Shown piece by piece: positions 1 through 9,005 of a stretch of 64,000 nt of DNA. Location of the stretch: contig JAEWRI010000044.1 of the NCBI GenBank assembly GCA_023460085.1, positions 54,877-118,876 on the forward strand, given 5' to 3'. This DNA is from Bacillota bacterium. GTDB taxonomy: Bacteria; Bacillota; Clostridia; Christensenellales; SZUA-584. Positions within the stretch are counted from its first letter, which is position 1. Each line of letters opens with the position of its first letter. Position numbers and translations under genes: made by a program. The notes beneath the pieces were generated by a model that saw only the letters and a program-made list of their open reading frames with translations, ran no database searches and had not been told where the DNA came from.

Positions 1-583
1 TGATGCCCACGATAGCATCGCCCTTGACGAACTTGGAAGCGCCGTCCATGGAACCGTAGAAATCCGCCTCGCGCTGTATATCCTGCCTGCGTTCGCGCGC
101 CTGCGCCTCGTCGATGAGGCCGGAGCTCAGATCCGCATCGATGGCCATCTGCTTGCCCGGCATGGCGTCCAGTGTGAACCGCGCCGCAACTTCCGCCACG
201 CGCTCCGCGCCTTTGGTGATGACGATAAACTGCACCACCATGATGATCAGGAATATCACCAGGCCGACCACAATATTGTCGCCTGCGACAAAACTGCCGA
301 ACGCCTTGATGACCTTTCCCGCGTCGCCGCCGTTGCCGAGTATCAACCGCGTGGAGGAAATGTTGAGCGACAGCCGGAACAGTGTGGTAATCAGCAGTAT
401 GGTGGGATATGTAGAGAAATCCAGCGTCCTCTTGGTGTACAGCGTGATAAGCAGTATCATCAACGACAGCGAAATATTGACGATGAGGAACATGTCCATC
501 AGCCACGTGGGCAGCGGTACAATGATCAGCAGTATGATGCCGAGAACCATAATCGCTATCGAAATGTCGGAAATCTTCTTCAC
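1..583 (-). CDS. flhA: Flagellar export gate protein FlhA, N-terminal 194 codons (gene runs off the window at nt 1)
   Basis: Not in the ORF track because it is open-ended. My minus-strand translation from GTG at 583 (overlaps the flhB stop as GTGA) reads [32 protein letters not shown]... and later [73 protein letters not shown], the conserved FlhA/FHIPEP N-terminal region. Canonical position after flhB. Confidence 0.93.
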   Translation of the reverse strand, partial: MKKISDISIAIMVLGIILLIIVPLPTWLMDMFLIVNISLSLMILLITLYTKRTLDFSTYPTILLITTLFRLSLNISSTRLILGNGGDAGKVIKAFGSFVAGDNIVVGLVIFLIIMVVQFIVITKGAERVAEVAARFTLDAMPGKQMAIDADLSSGLIDEAQARERRQDIQREADFYGSMDGASKFVKGDAIVGI

Positions 584-1656
584 GCCCGTCTCCCCGTCTT
601 TTTCTTCATCTTATATACATACGCCAGGATTTCTGCGACCGCTTTGTACATATCTTCAGGAACCTCGTCGCCCACGTCGCAGAAGAAGTACAACGCCTGC
701 GCAACGGGCCGGTTCTCCACAATTTCGACTTTGAGCTCTCTGGCCTTCTCTTTGATCTTCTGCGCCAGATAATCCTTGCCCTTGGCGATGACTACCGGCG
801 CCTTATGCCTCTGTTCTTTATAAGACAGCGCCACCGCATAATGCGTCGGGTTTGTGATCACAACGTCCGCTTCCTTGACCGCCTGTATCATGCGCATCCG
901 GCTCATCTGCCGCTGCTTCTGCGATATCCGGCTTTTGGTCTGCGGATTGCCCTCGGAGAGCTTGTATTCCTCGCGAAGCTCCTGCTTCGTCATCATGAGA
1001 TCCTTGTTGTATTTCCACCGCTGATACATGTAGTCGAACGGTGCGAATATCGCGAAGGCGATGCCCAGCTTGAAGGCCACTGACAGCAGTATGTTCATTG
1101 CCGCCGGTATCGCGTATTTCAGGTCCTCTCCCATGAGTTCCGGAAACGACTCCATGCGGTTCTGGTACTCGCTGTAAGCAACCCATCCCAGCAGTGCCAG
1201 TTTGATAAAGGCCTTCAGCAGATCGATCAGCGTTCTTTTGGAAAATATCCTCTTGAAGCCCGCTATCATGCTGATCTTTTCGAGTTTGGGTGCCATGGCC
1301 TTGGTGGTAAAATTGAACCCCACCTGCACCAGGTTAAACACCAGTCCGCACAGCATCGCCGCGATAAGCACCGGAGCGGCGATCCGGATAAACGACAGCA
1401 CCGCGCCGCTGAGCGCCTGGGTAGCGGCGGAGGCGTCCAGCACATCGGGGATGTCCGCCGTAAACGAGGACTTCATCATGGCTTGGATGTTGTCCGCGAT
1501 GCTCTTCCCGAATATCGACAGCACCCCGAACATCACTATCAGCGAAAAAGCCGTGATGACCTCGACGCTTTTAAAAACCTGTCCTTTCTCCCGCGCATCG
1601 CGTTTTCGTTTCGGTGTGGCTTTTTCTGTTTTTTCTCCGGCAGACTGCGCGCTCAT
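580..1656 (-). CDS. flhB: Flagellar export switch protein FlhB
   Basis: 358 aa. N-terminus [23 protein letters not shown], four hydrophobic segments, and the NPTH autocleavage motif ([13 protein letters not shown]). Sits between fliR and flhA. Confidence 0.95.
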   Translation of the reverse strand: MSAQSAGEKTEKATPKRKRDAREKGQVFKSVEVITAFSLIVMFGVLSIFGKSIADNIQAMMKSSFTADIPDVLDASAATQALSGAVLSFIRIAAPVLIAAMLCGLVFNLVQVGFNFTTKAMAPKLEKISMIAGFKRIFSKRTLIDLLKAFIKLALLGWVAYSEYQNRMESFPELMGEDLKYAIPAAMNILLSVAFKLGIAFAIFAPFDYMYQRWKYNKDLMMTKQELREEYKLSEGNPQTKSRISQKQRQMSRMRMIQAVKEADVVITNPTHYAVALSYKEQRHKAPVVIAKGKDYLAQKIKEKARELKVEIVENRPVAQALYFFCDVGDEVPEDMYKAVAEILAYVYKMKKKTGRRA

Positions 1657-2435
1657 GCGAGACCCGCTATCATCGTATTGATGGACTCAAACATTCTGTC
1701 GAATATCACACCCGTAAAATTGACATACACCGGCAGTACGATCAACAGCATCATGAGCCCCAGCACTATCTTCAGCGGTATTCCCACCACGAACACGTTC
1801 ACCTGCGGTATGGCCCTTGTGATAAACCCCATGGCGACCTCTCCCAGCAGTCCGGATGCGATGAGCGGCAAGGCCACGTGCACCGAGAGCAGAAACGCCA
1901 GTATGAAAACCTCCAGTGCGGTCATCCCGATTGCGGGATTCAATGTCACCGTGCCAATGGGTATCTGGGCAAACGTGCTGTTCAATATGTAGATCAGCTT
2001 CAGGTGCCCGTTTACCCCGAAAAACGTAATCATCATGATGACGCTCAGCAGGTTGCCGGTGATGGGAACAGTCGCGCCCGTCTGAACATCGAGTACGCTC
2101 ACCATGCCGAAGCCCATCTGCATATCGATATAGTGTCCCGATGTCTGCACCAGTGTAAAGAACAGCGTCGTCGTAAACCCAATCACCAGTCCGAAAAGCA
2201 TTTCCTTGATGCACAGCATTGCGAATTCGATGAGGCCGCCATACTGTACCTGAGGACTGTTCATGTTGGCGGCAAACATCACGTATGTCGTCGCCAGACA
2301 GAAGCAAATCTTGAGGATGTTCGGCAGCGTCTTTCTGCCAAACAGCGGCGAGGACACGATCAGCGCGGATACGCGGATAAACATGAGTATGAACAGATCC
2401 AGCCTCGTGCTGACGTTGTCCAGTATCGCTTCCAT
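1653..2435 (-). CDS. fliR: Flagellar export apparatus protein FliR
   Basis: 260-aa polytopic membrane protein between fliQ and flhB. Its stop overlaps the flhB start by 4 nt. Confidence 0.9.
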   Translation of the reverse strand: MEAILDNVSTRLDLFILMFIRVSALIVSSPLFGRKTLPNILKICFCLATTYVMFAANMNSPQVQYGGLIEFAMLCIKEMLFGLVIGFTTTLFFTLVQTSGHYIDMQMGFGMVSVLDVQTGATVPITGNLLSVIMMITFFGVNGHLKLIYILNSTFAQIPIGTVTLNPAIGMTALEVFILAFLLSVHVALPLIASGLLGEVAMGFITRAIPQVNVFVVGIPLKIVLGLMMLLIVLPVYVNFTGVIFDRMFESINTMIAGLA

Positions 2436-2436
2436 A

Positions 2437-2706
2437 TCACTTAATCATGGTTGCCGCATAGCTGAACATCCTCGTGGTAAACTCCGTCAGGGTCGTGATG
2501 ATAAATCCGGTGGTCAGCAGCAGCGTCAGCAGTATCGCGACGATCTTTGGCACAAACGCGAGCGTCTGCTCGTTGATCTGCGTGGTCGCCTGGAAGATGG
2601 AAACGATGAGTCCTACCACCATCGCGACGATGAGCATCGGCCCTGCAACCTTCAGTATGACGGTGATCGCATCCTGCATGACGGTGATCACTTGTGCTTG
2701 TTCCAT
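2437..2706 (-). CDS. fliQ: Flagellar export apparatus protein FliQ
   Basis: 89 aa with two TM helices. Motif FQATTQINEQTLAFVPKI matches the conserved FliQ core. Lies between fliP and fliR. Confidence 0.93.
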   Translation of the reverse strand: MEQAQVITVMQDAITVILKVAGPMLIVAMVVGLIVSIFQATTQINEQTLAFVPKIVAILLTLLLTTGFIITTLTEFTTRMFSYAATMIK

Positions 2707-2763
2707 TTTGAACCCTCATCCCTACAAGTATTTCTGTCTGGTCAACGATCTGTCGTAATTACA

Positions 2764-3552
2764 TTATCCAAAGCTGGCAATCAGCGTTTTTACCGTAAGC
2801 ATCCATCCGTCTGCCAGCACAAACAACAGCAGCTTGAATGGCAGCGAAATGACGGTCGGCGGCAGCATCATCATTCCCATTGACATCAGTACGCTGGCTA
2901 CCACCATGTCGATGACAATGAACGGAATATAGAGAAAGAATCCGATTTGAAAACCGCGTTTGATTTCACTCGTCATATAGGCGGGAATCAGTACGGTATT
3001 GGGGATATCCTCCGGCTCCTTAATTTCTTCCGCCTCTGCGGAGACAGAAACGAAGTAGTCCAGATCCGTCTTGTAAGTCTGCTTCAGCATATACTCGCGG
3101 ACAGGCTCCATCGCCTGGTCTATCGCCTGTTCCTCGGTAATCTGGTTCTGTATATACGGCTCATAAGCCGCTTCCTTGATATCCGCGATTACGGGCGACA
3201 TTACGAACAGCGTGAGAAACAGCGCAAGACCCACCAGCACCTGATTGGGCGGCATGTTCTGCAGACCCAACCCGTTGCGGATCAGCGAAAGCACGATGAT
3301 AATCCGGGGGAAGCATGTCAGCATGATGAGTATTGAGGGCAAAACCGCGAGCACGGTGATGAGCACAAGCACCTTCACCGATTCCGAACGGCTGCCGGTC
3401 AGTTCCTCCAGCACGCCGCTGCCGCTGCCGTCCGATACGCTGGCCCCGGGGGAAGCCTCCGTCGTATCCGTACCGGATGACAGAGAAGAGCATCCCGCAA
3501 ACAGGACCACCACCGCCGCAAGAAGAACCGCGACCAGGAGCACCTTTTTCAT
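2764..3552 (-). CDS. fliP: Flagellar export apparatus protein FliP
   Basis: 262 aa with a signal-peptide-like N-terminus. Conserved FliP block GFFLYIPFIVIDMVVASVLMSMGMMMLPP. Confidence 0.95.
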   Translation of the reverse strand: MKKVLLVAVLLAAVVVLFAGCSSLSSGTDTTEASPGASVSDGSGSGVLEELTGSRSESVKVLVLITVLAVLPSILIMLTCFPRIIIVLSLIRNGLGLQNMPPNQVLVGLALFLTLFVMSPVIADIKEAAYEPYIQNQITEEQAIDQAMEPVREYMLKQTYKTDLDYFVSVSAEAEEIKEPEDIPNTVLIPAYMTSEIKRGFQIGFFLYIPFIVIDMVVASVLMSMGMMMLPPTVISLPFKLLLFVLADGWMLTVKTLIASFG

Positions 3553-4046
3553 GACTCGTCTCCTGTCCCGCCGGGGGTGCGGTCCTTTCTCTTGCGTATG
3601 GCTTCATCCATACGTGTCAGGTAATCTTCCGAGTCAACCGATTGCGTGTAGTGGTCTTTTTTACTGTTCATACGGGCCTTGTTAAGGTTCGAAGGCGCTT
3701 TCTTCATAGTGACAATGAAGTCGCGCATCTGGGACATAAAGCCCTTGGGCGCGGGCTGCGTGCCCGGTTGCCCCGCATTCGGCTGTGCGGTTTTCTCCCC
3801 CGCAATGTCGATGTCGCCCAGCACGTTCATGGACTGATTGGTGACACCGATCAGCAGGTTCTTGTCGCCGACGTTGAGCAGCACGATATGCTTGTCCCGG
3901 CCGAGCGTCACGCGGTCGACCATTCGGATGTAGCGGCTCTTTGCGCGCACGCCTTTCCCGGCGATATATTTGGTAGCCAGATAGGCGCCCACTATCACCG
4001 CGATCATCACGATAAAATAAAAGAATGTAGTCCAGAAGTCTCCCAT
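3549..4046 (-). CDS. fliO: Flagellar biosynthesis protein FliO/FliZ
   Basis: 165 aa with a single N-terminal TM helix (FFYFIVMIAVIVGAYLA), then IRMVDRVTLGRDKHIVLLNVGDKNLLIGVT, typical of FliO/FliZ. ATGA overlap with the fliP start. Confidence 0.8.
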   Translation of the reverse strand: MGDFWTTFFYFIVMIAVIVGAYLATKYIAGKGVRAKSRYIRMVDRVTLGRDKHIVLLNVGDKNLLIGVTNQSMNVLGDIDIAGEKTAQPNAGQPGTQPAPKGFMSQMRDFIVTMKKAPSNLNKARMNSKKDHYTQSVDSEDYLTRMDEAIRKRKDRTPGGTGDES

Positions 4047-4146
4047 AGCGCACCCTTCCTTGATCTACACTCAATATACCCGCGGTTATTTTAAACGAAA
4101 CACGAATTTGTAGAATGGTGTCGGATTCAGACAGAAAGTAATCCGG

Positions 4147-4443
4147 TTACACCTGCATATTCATAATGCTGTTGTAAGCTTCCAGTACGCGGTTTCTGAC
4201 TTCGACGGCATAGCTTACGGCGATTTCTGCCTTCTGTGACGCGATCAGCGCGGTATGGATATCATCCGATTCCCCTGTCAGCAGCGCTTCGTTGGCTGCC
4301 TGAGCCTCCGCTTCGGTCTCTTCGATCGAGTTGAGGGCATCGCTGAGAATATTGGAGAACCCGCCGCTGCTTTGCTGTGTGCTGCCCGTGCCGCTGATGC
4401 TTTGAATGCTGCTTGCCACCCTGCTGAGGGAATTCAGTTCCAT
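4147..4443 (-). CDS. fliE: Flagellar hook-basal body protein FliE
   Basis: 98 aa. C-terminus IHTALIASQKAEIAVSYAVEVRNRVLEAYNSIMNMQV is the FliE signature. Follows flgB-flgC. Confidence 0.92.
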   Translation of the reverse strand: MELNSLSRVASSIQSISGTGSTQQSSGGFSNILSDALNSIEETEAEAQAANEALLTGESDDIHTALIASQKAEIAVSYAVEVRNRVLEAYNSIMNMQV

Positions 4444-4461
4444 TCGTTACTATCCTCCGTG

Positions 4462-4881
4462 CTATTTGCCGATTTCGAGCGCCTTGGCTGCCATGCTCTT
4501 CGTTGCGTTCATCGCGGTCACATTGGCCTCATAAGAACGCGTCGCCGACATCAGATCGATAATCTCTTCCACCTCGTCCACATTGGGCATCCTCACATAC
4601 CCGTCCTCATCCGCCAGCGGGTTGTCCGGGTCATATTCCAGTTCGAAATCGGAAGCGTCCTCTACGATATCCGAAACCATTACGCCCTTGCCCACCGCTT
4701 CTCCCAGTAGGGAGGAAAACGATGTGCGTTCGCTCATGACGCACACCTTTCTGCGATACGGATCGCCGCTGTCGGTCTGCGTTGTCTCGGCGTTGGCGAT
4801 GTTTTCACTGATGACGTCCATGCGCAGGCGCTGCGCCGTCAGCGCGGAACCGCTGATGTCTATGGAGGATAAGAAGCCCAT
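4462..4881 (-). CDS. flgC: Flagellar basal-body rod protein FlgC
   Basis: 139 aa. N-terminus ISGSALTAQRLRMDVISENIANAETT and C-terminus RSYEANVTAMNATKSMAAKALEIGK. Confidence 0.95.
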   Translation of the reverse strand: MGFLSSIDISGSALTAQRLRMDVISENIANAETTQTDSGDPYRRKVCVMSERTSFSSLLGEAVGKGVMVSDIVEDASDFELEYDPDNPLADEDGYVRMPNVDEVEEIIDLMSATRSYEANVTAMNATKSMAAKALEIGK

Positions 4882-4896
4882 AGCGTCGTCCTTTCC

Positions 4897-5304
4897 TTAA
4901 CCGTTAATGACGGTTTTCATCTTGGCGAATTCGCTGGATACCTGCTCTATCAGTGCGTTATACCAAAGCGTGTTTTTGGCGAGTTCTGTGCTTTCGTAGT
5001 CGATATCCACGTTATTGCCGTCTGCGCGGTAATTCGTGTCGCTGTTTTCCACAACCGCAGGGGTCAACTCCTCCGCCGAATTGCCGGAGAACTGGTAATG
5101 CTCCGGCCGGGTGGTTTTGGCGGTAAATCCATTGCCGTCCGACTCCAGCGCCTGTTTCATCGCCGTCTCGAACTCCACGGTAGAGCTCTTGAAATCCGGC
5201 GTATCTACATTCGCAATGTTGTTGTTGATCACTTCATTGCGCGTCCACGCCGCGTCCAGTCCTCTTTGCAGCAGATTCACGTTTCCGAAAAGATTGTTCA
5301 GCAT
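4897..5304 (-). CDS. flgB: Flagellar basal-body rod protein FlgB
   Basis: 135 aa. Rod N-terminal motif RNEVINNNIANVDTPDFK. Immediately upstream of flgC. Confidence 0.93.
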   Translation of the reverse strand: MLNNLFGNVNLLQRGLDAAWTRNEVINNNIANVDTPDFKSSTVEFETAMKQALESDGNGFTAKTTRPEHYQFSGNSAEELTPAVVENSDTNYRADGNNVDIDYESTELAKNTLWYNALIEQVSSEFAKMKTVING

Positions 5305-5312
5305 AACGCCCC

Positions 5313-5933
5313 TTAAGAATTCTGGAATTGCTCCCAGTACTTCAGCACCTTGTCCACATATCCCCGAACGCCCGACGATATCCGGGAGTATTGCTCTGCG
5401 TCGTCCGGATCTGTAATGCCCAGCGAAGCGATTCTTCCCTGGCCCGTGTTATACGCCGCCAGCGCCAGCCGCACATCTCCGAAGCGGTTCAGCAGCTTTT
5501 TCAGATACCCCGCACCGCCCATCACGTTGTCCAGCGCGTCGAACGGATCCTCTACGCCCATCTCTTTGGCCGTACCGGGCATCAGCTGCATCAGCCCCTG
5601 CGCTCCGCAGCCGGATACCGCATTGGTCCGGAAGGACGATTCCACCTGTATCACCGCGCGGATGAGGTCCGCGTCCAGCCCGGTCTTCTGCGCTGCATAT
5701 TCTACAGCCGCTTCAATCTCATCGCTGGAATTGCTGACCGCAAGGCTGGAGGCAGCATCCGATGTCTCGGATACTGCGGTGGTGTTGTCCGGGATCTGCG
5801 CGAGCCTCTCCTCAATAGCGCCCAGTATATCCGAAAACACACCCTTCTCGGACCCCAGCTTTGCCGCTCCTGCCGCCGCCACGCTTTGAAACTTGCATAA
5901 TTTGTCCTGATAAATGCTTTCTATACTCAGCAT
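5313..5933 (-). CDS. Lytic transglycosylase (SLT/GH23 domain), first gene of the flgB block
   Basis: 206 aa. SLT catalytic region AVIQVESSFRTNAVSGCGAQGLMQLMPGTAKEMG and the downstream AAYNTG motif. No in-frame alternative start exists upstream, and no SD sequence precedes the ATG. Confidence 0.88.
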   Translation of the reverse strand: MLSIESIYQDKLCKFQSVAAAGAAKLGSEKGVFSDILGAIEERLAQIPDNTTAVSETSDAASSLAVSNSSDEIEAAVEYAAQKTGLDADLIRAVIQVESSFRTNAVSGCGAQGLMQLMPGTAKEMGVEDPFDALDNVMGGAGYLKKLLNRFGDVRLALAAYNTGQGRIASLGITDPDDAEQYSRISSGVRGYVDKVLKYWEQFQNS

Positions 5934-5940
5934 GTCTGTT

Positions 5941-5968
5941 ATATCGGTATAAACTTTAAAAAACTTTA
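5941..5968 (-). promoter_or_regulatory. Sigma-28/SigD-type promoter candidate (TAAAGTTT-N12-ACCGATAT) abutting the SLT start codon
   Basis: The minus strand reads atTAAAGTTTtttaaagtttatACCGATATaacagacATG. The -35 8-mer equals the enteric FliA consensus TAAAGTTT, and CCGATAT equals the B. subtilis SigD -10. The spacer is 1 nt longer than consensus. The -10 ends 7 nt before the ATG at 5933. The -35 overlaps the cheB stop codon. Confidence 0.45.
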
Positions 5969-7027
5969 ATGCGAATTTGAATGATCTTTCACATACTTAT
6001 CGTGCCACGCGTAAATATGCCGCGCGATTTCCTGAAGCGGAAGCTGCTGTTCCACCGCGCCGATGTTCATCGCGACCGCCGGCATACCGTATACCACACA
6101 GGTCTGCTTATCCTGCCCGATGGTATGGGCTCCCGCCTTTTTCATTTCCAGCAGCCCCCGCGCGCCATCACTTCCCATGCCGGTCAGCAGTATGCCGAGG
6201 CTGCTGAGGCTCTTCAGCTTTGTGATGGAAAGAAACAGCTGGTCCACGGACGGACAGTGACCGCTGACCTTCTCGCCTTCGCGGCATTCCACGAAAAGCC
6301 CGCTTCCGCGGCGCACCACCGTCATGTGCAGGCCTCCCGGCGCAATCAGCACGCGTCCCGGCTTTATCGCGTCGCCATGCTGCGCTTCTCTTACCTCCAT
6401 CGTGCAGGCATTGTTAAGCCTCTCGGAATAAAGCCGGGTAAACACGGGAGGCATGTGCTGTACGATTACGATGCCGGGCAGGTCATCACCCAACTCCTTC
6501 AGTATGGAATAGATGGCCTCCGTACCGCCGGTGGAAGCGCCAATGGCGATAAGCTCGTTTTTACCGCCCGCGCGTCCCGCTGTCCGGCTGGTTACCGTAT
6601 CACGCGCTTCGCTGTATTTATGCTGACCCACCTTGGCGATGGAGGCGATCTTCAGCTTCACGACCAGCTCAGAGATAAATTGTCTTCGTTCCTGTTCGTC
6701 CTTCATCTCCGACTTGGTAATGAAGTCGACCGCGCCCGCATTCAAAGCGTCGAACACGCGCCCGTTCACCGCACTCACCACCACCACCGGCAGCGGATAC
6801 TGCGGCATGAGCTTGCGCAGAAACTCGATTCCGTCCATTCCGGGCATTTGTATGTCCAGCGTCATCACGTCAGGCATCAAAGCAATAATTTTATCGCGCG
6901 CGTCAAACGCGTCCGTGGCTTTACCCACCACTTCAATATCCGCGTCCTGAGACAAATGGGAAGAAATGAACTCCCTCATAAACAGGGAATCATCCACGAC
7001 CAATGCCCTGATTCGTTTTCCTGCCAT
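5966..7027 (-). CDS. cheB: Chemotaxis response regulator protein-glutamate methylesterase CheB
   Basis: 353 aa. Receiver domain (RALVVDDSLFMREFI..DVMTLDIQMPGMDGIEFL) plus methylesterase motifs IAIGASTGGTEA, VIVQHMP and GMGSDGA. Confidence 0.95.
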   Translation of the reverse strand: MAGKRIRALVVDDSLFMREFISSHLSQDADIEVVGKATDAFDARDKIIALMPDVMTLDIQMPGMDGIEFLRKLMPQYPLPVVVVSAVNGRVFDALNAGAVDFITKSEMKDEQERRQFISELVVKLKIASIAKVGQHKYSEARDTVTSRTAGRAGGKNELIAIGASTGGTEAIYSILKELGDDLPGIVIVQHMPPVFTRLYSERLNNACTMEVREAQHGDAIKPGRVLIAPGGLHMTVVRRGSGLFVECREGEKVSGHCPSVDQLFLSITKLKSLSSLGILLTGMGSDGARGLLEMKKAGAHTIGQDKQTCVVYGMPAVAMNIGAVEQQLPLQEIARHIYAWHDKYVKDHSNSH

Positions 7028-7029
7028 CC

Positions 7030-7962
7030 TTACACAACCTTCTTATAAACTGAGGGCATCACAAATTTGAAATTCGTTACGCTTTTGTCAATGGATTCGG
7101 ATTGCCCGATGAAAAGATATCCCCCCGGCATCATCGCGTCATAAAATCTGGAGATCAGCTGCCGTTTTGTGTCCTCCGTAAAATAGATCATCACATTGCG
7201 GCAGAATATGACGTGGAATTTTCTCTTGAACGGAAAGGCTTCCTCGATAAGATTAAACCTTCGGAATATCACTTCCTTCTTCAGTTTGTCGCTGACCATC
7301 CACATGTCGTCTCCGAGTTTTGTGAAATAGGAAAGCTTCCATATGGATGGCACACTTTTCATGCATTCCTCGGTATACTCTCCCTTCCTGGCCGCAGCGA
7401 GCGCTTTTTCCGAAATATCTGTGGCAAGCACCCTGGCGTCCCAGGATAGTTTATGCTCGTTCATATAGTCGGACAGCAGCATCGCCAGCGTATAGGGCTC
7501 CTGTCCGGTAGAGCATCCCGCACTCCATGTGCGCAGATCTCCGTCCCGCAGCACCGGCGCCATTTCGGGCAGCACCTTGTCGCGAAAATACCGGAAGTGC
7601 TCCCATTCCCGCATGAAGTATGAATAGTTGGTGGTCAGCAGATTCAGCAGCTGCCCCATTTCTGCGCCGGTGTCGTCGCCGAAGACATAATCAAGATAAG
7701 CAGAATAGCTGGTAAATCCATTCCGAACGAGATAATTGTTCAGTCGGCTTTCAACCAGCGTACGCTTCTTGATAAGGTTGACGCCGAAATGGTTTTTCAG
7801 ATACTCTGTCAGCCGTATGAATTGTTCGTCGTTGATACTCAGCATTTTCCCGCCTTTATCAAAGATCAGGGCCGCCGGAAGGCTCCCTGATCGTATCGCG
7901 TTTTCCGCTTCAGTATTTTGCATGATTGTGGTTCGCAATGCTGTATCCGCCATGTGATTCAT
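7030..7962 (-). CDS. cheR: Chemotaxis protein methyltransferase CheR
   Basis: SAM-binding motif WSAGCSTGQEPYTLAMLL and IFCRNVMIYF. The start is uncertain; an internal Met at 7842 (MLSINDEQF...) would give a more typical length. Confidence 0.9.
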   Translation of the reverse strand: MNHMADTALRTTIMQNTEAENAIRSGSLPAALIFDKGGKMLSINDEQFIRLTEYLKNHFGVNLIKKRTLVESRLNNYLVRNGFTSYSAYLDYVFGDDTGAEMGQLLNLLTTNYSYFMREWEHFRYFRDKVLPEMAPVLRDGDLRTWSAGCSTGQEPYTLAMLLSDYMNEHKLSWDARVLATDISEKALAAARKGEYTEECMKSVPSIWKLSYFTKLGDDMWMVSDKLKKEVIFRRFNLIEEAFPFKRKFHVIFCRNVMIYFTEDTKRQLISRFYDAMMPGGYLFIGQSESIDKSVTNFKFVMPSVYKKVV

Positions 7963-7986
7963 AAACCATCCCGCTGCTTATTACGC

Positions 7987-8496
7987 TTATACCGCCGGAG
8001 TAATTTGGCGCGCCTCGTCGCTGCCCAGCAGCATTCTGCAATCCAGCAGCAGCTTGACTCCTCCGTCCGCCTTGCCGATTCCCTGCATATACCGGTTGCG
8101 AATCCCCGTGTGATGATCCGGCGGCGGCACCACATTCTCGTCGTTGAGCGTCATGACTTCGGACACCTTATCGACGATAAGTCCTGCCGCCATTTCCTCC
8201 GTGTCGATGACGATAATACAGGTTCTGTCGTCGTAGGGAATGGGTTCCTTATTGAATTTAAGACGCATGTCGATCACCGGGATGATCTTTCCGCGCAGAT
8301 TAATGATGCCCATGATATAAGACGGTACTTCAGGCATTTTCGTGATGGGCTGTACCCCGATGATTTCCGTCACATAGCGAATTTCCAGCCCGAAGACCTC
8401 TTCCCCAAGGTTAAACGTCAGGTATCGGCCATGCTGTGTGTCTTCCTGCTGTTCTATAAGCGTTTCGTTGGGCGCCATACTGTCCTCCTGTCCCAT
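7987..8496 (-). CDS. cheW: Chemotaxis coupling protein CheW
   Basis: 169 aa. YLTFNLGEEVFGLEIRYVTEI and INLRGKIIPVIDMRLKF are typical CheW blocks. Confidence 0.93.
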   Translation of the reverse strand: MGQEDSMAPNETLIEQQEDTQHGRYLTFNLGEEVFGLEIRYVTEIIGVQPITKMPEVPSYIMGIINLRGKIIPVIDMRLKFNKEPIPYDDRTCIIVIDTEEMAAGLIVDKVSEVMTLNDENVVPPPDHHTGIRNRYMQGIGKADGGVKLLLDCRMLLGSDEARQITPAV

Positions 8497-8516
8497 AAAT
8501 GAAGTGGTTTTTTCAG

Positions 8517-8969
8517 CTACATCAATATATCCACCAACAACCCGCGGATATCATCCACCATCTCCAGCAACCGAAGGTTGTCGCTTTGCTCCAAAAGTAT
8601 TTGCTGCGCCATTTCATCCAGCCGGGCGTTGACCTTCTTGATGAGTATGAACACATTCCGCCTTCCCCTGGAATCCACTGTGCTCGTCCGCGTGCAGGCG
8701 TAAGCGTTGCTCGCGGCAGTTTCCAGCAGCTCGGCAATCAATTTGCGATACTGCATGAATTCCGCGATATCCGCTTTGCGCTTGATGGCATCACCCTGCC
8801 GGAATATCCTGTCCTTCAGGTCTTCAATATACCTTTGATACTGCGCCTCGCTGAAATCCATCATGTGACGCGAGAACGCAAACCCCTGCCCTGCGCCGGG
8901 CTGACCGCCTCCGGTGCTGGATACACTTTGGGGCCCCGATGAAATTGTACCAATGGTTGCAACCTTCAT
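8517..8969 (-). CDS. DUF327/YaaR-family protein (function unknown)
   Basis: The C-terminal half (RGRRNVFILIKKVNARLDEMAQQILLEQSDNLRLLEMVDDIRGLLVDILM) matches my memory of the YaaR/DUF327 pattern. Start trimmed to the ATG at 8969, which has GGAG about 10 nt upstream; the track start at 8987 is a TTG. Confidence 0.6.
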   Translation of the reverse strand: MKVATIGTISSGPQSVSSTGGGQPGAGQGFAFSRHMMDFSEAQYQRYIEDLKDRIFRQGDAIKRKADIAEFMQYRKLIAELLETAASNAYACTRTSTVDSRGRRNVFILIKKVNARLDEMAQQILLEQSDNLRLLEMVDDIRGLLVDILM

Positions 8970-9005
8970 GGCATACACTCCGCTCAATCAGTGACAGAAT
9001 ACCTT

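Noticed and set aside
114-734. 206-aa plus-strand ORF at the window start.
   Set aside because: It is antisense to the clearly recognisable flhA N-terminus and flhB C-terminus on the minus strand.
4047-4146. Considered calling the fliE-fliO junction an assembly artefact or an insertion-sequence excision scar.
   Set aside because: There are no terminal inverted repeats, target duplications or ambiguous bases. This cannot be decided from a single sequence, so it is reported only as an observation.
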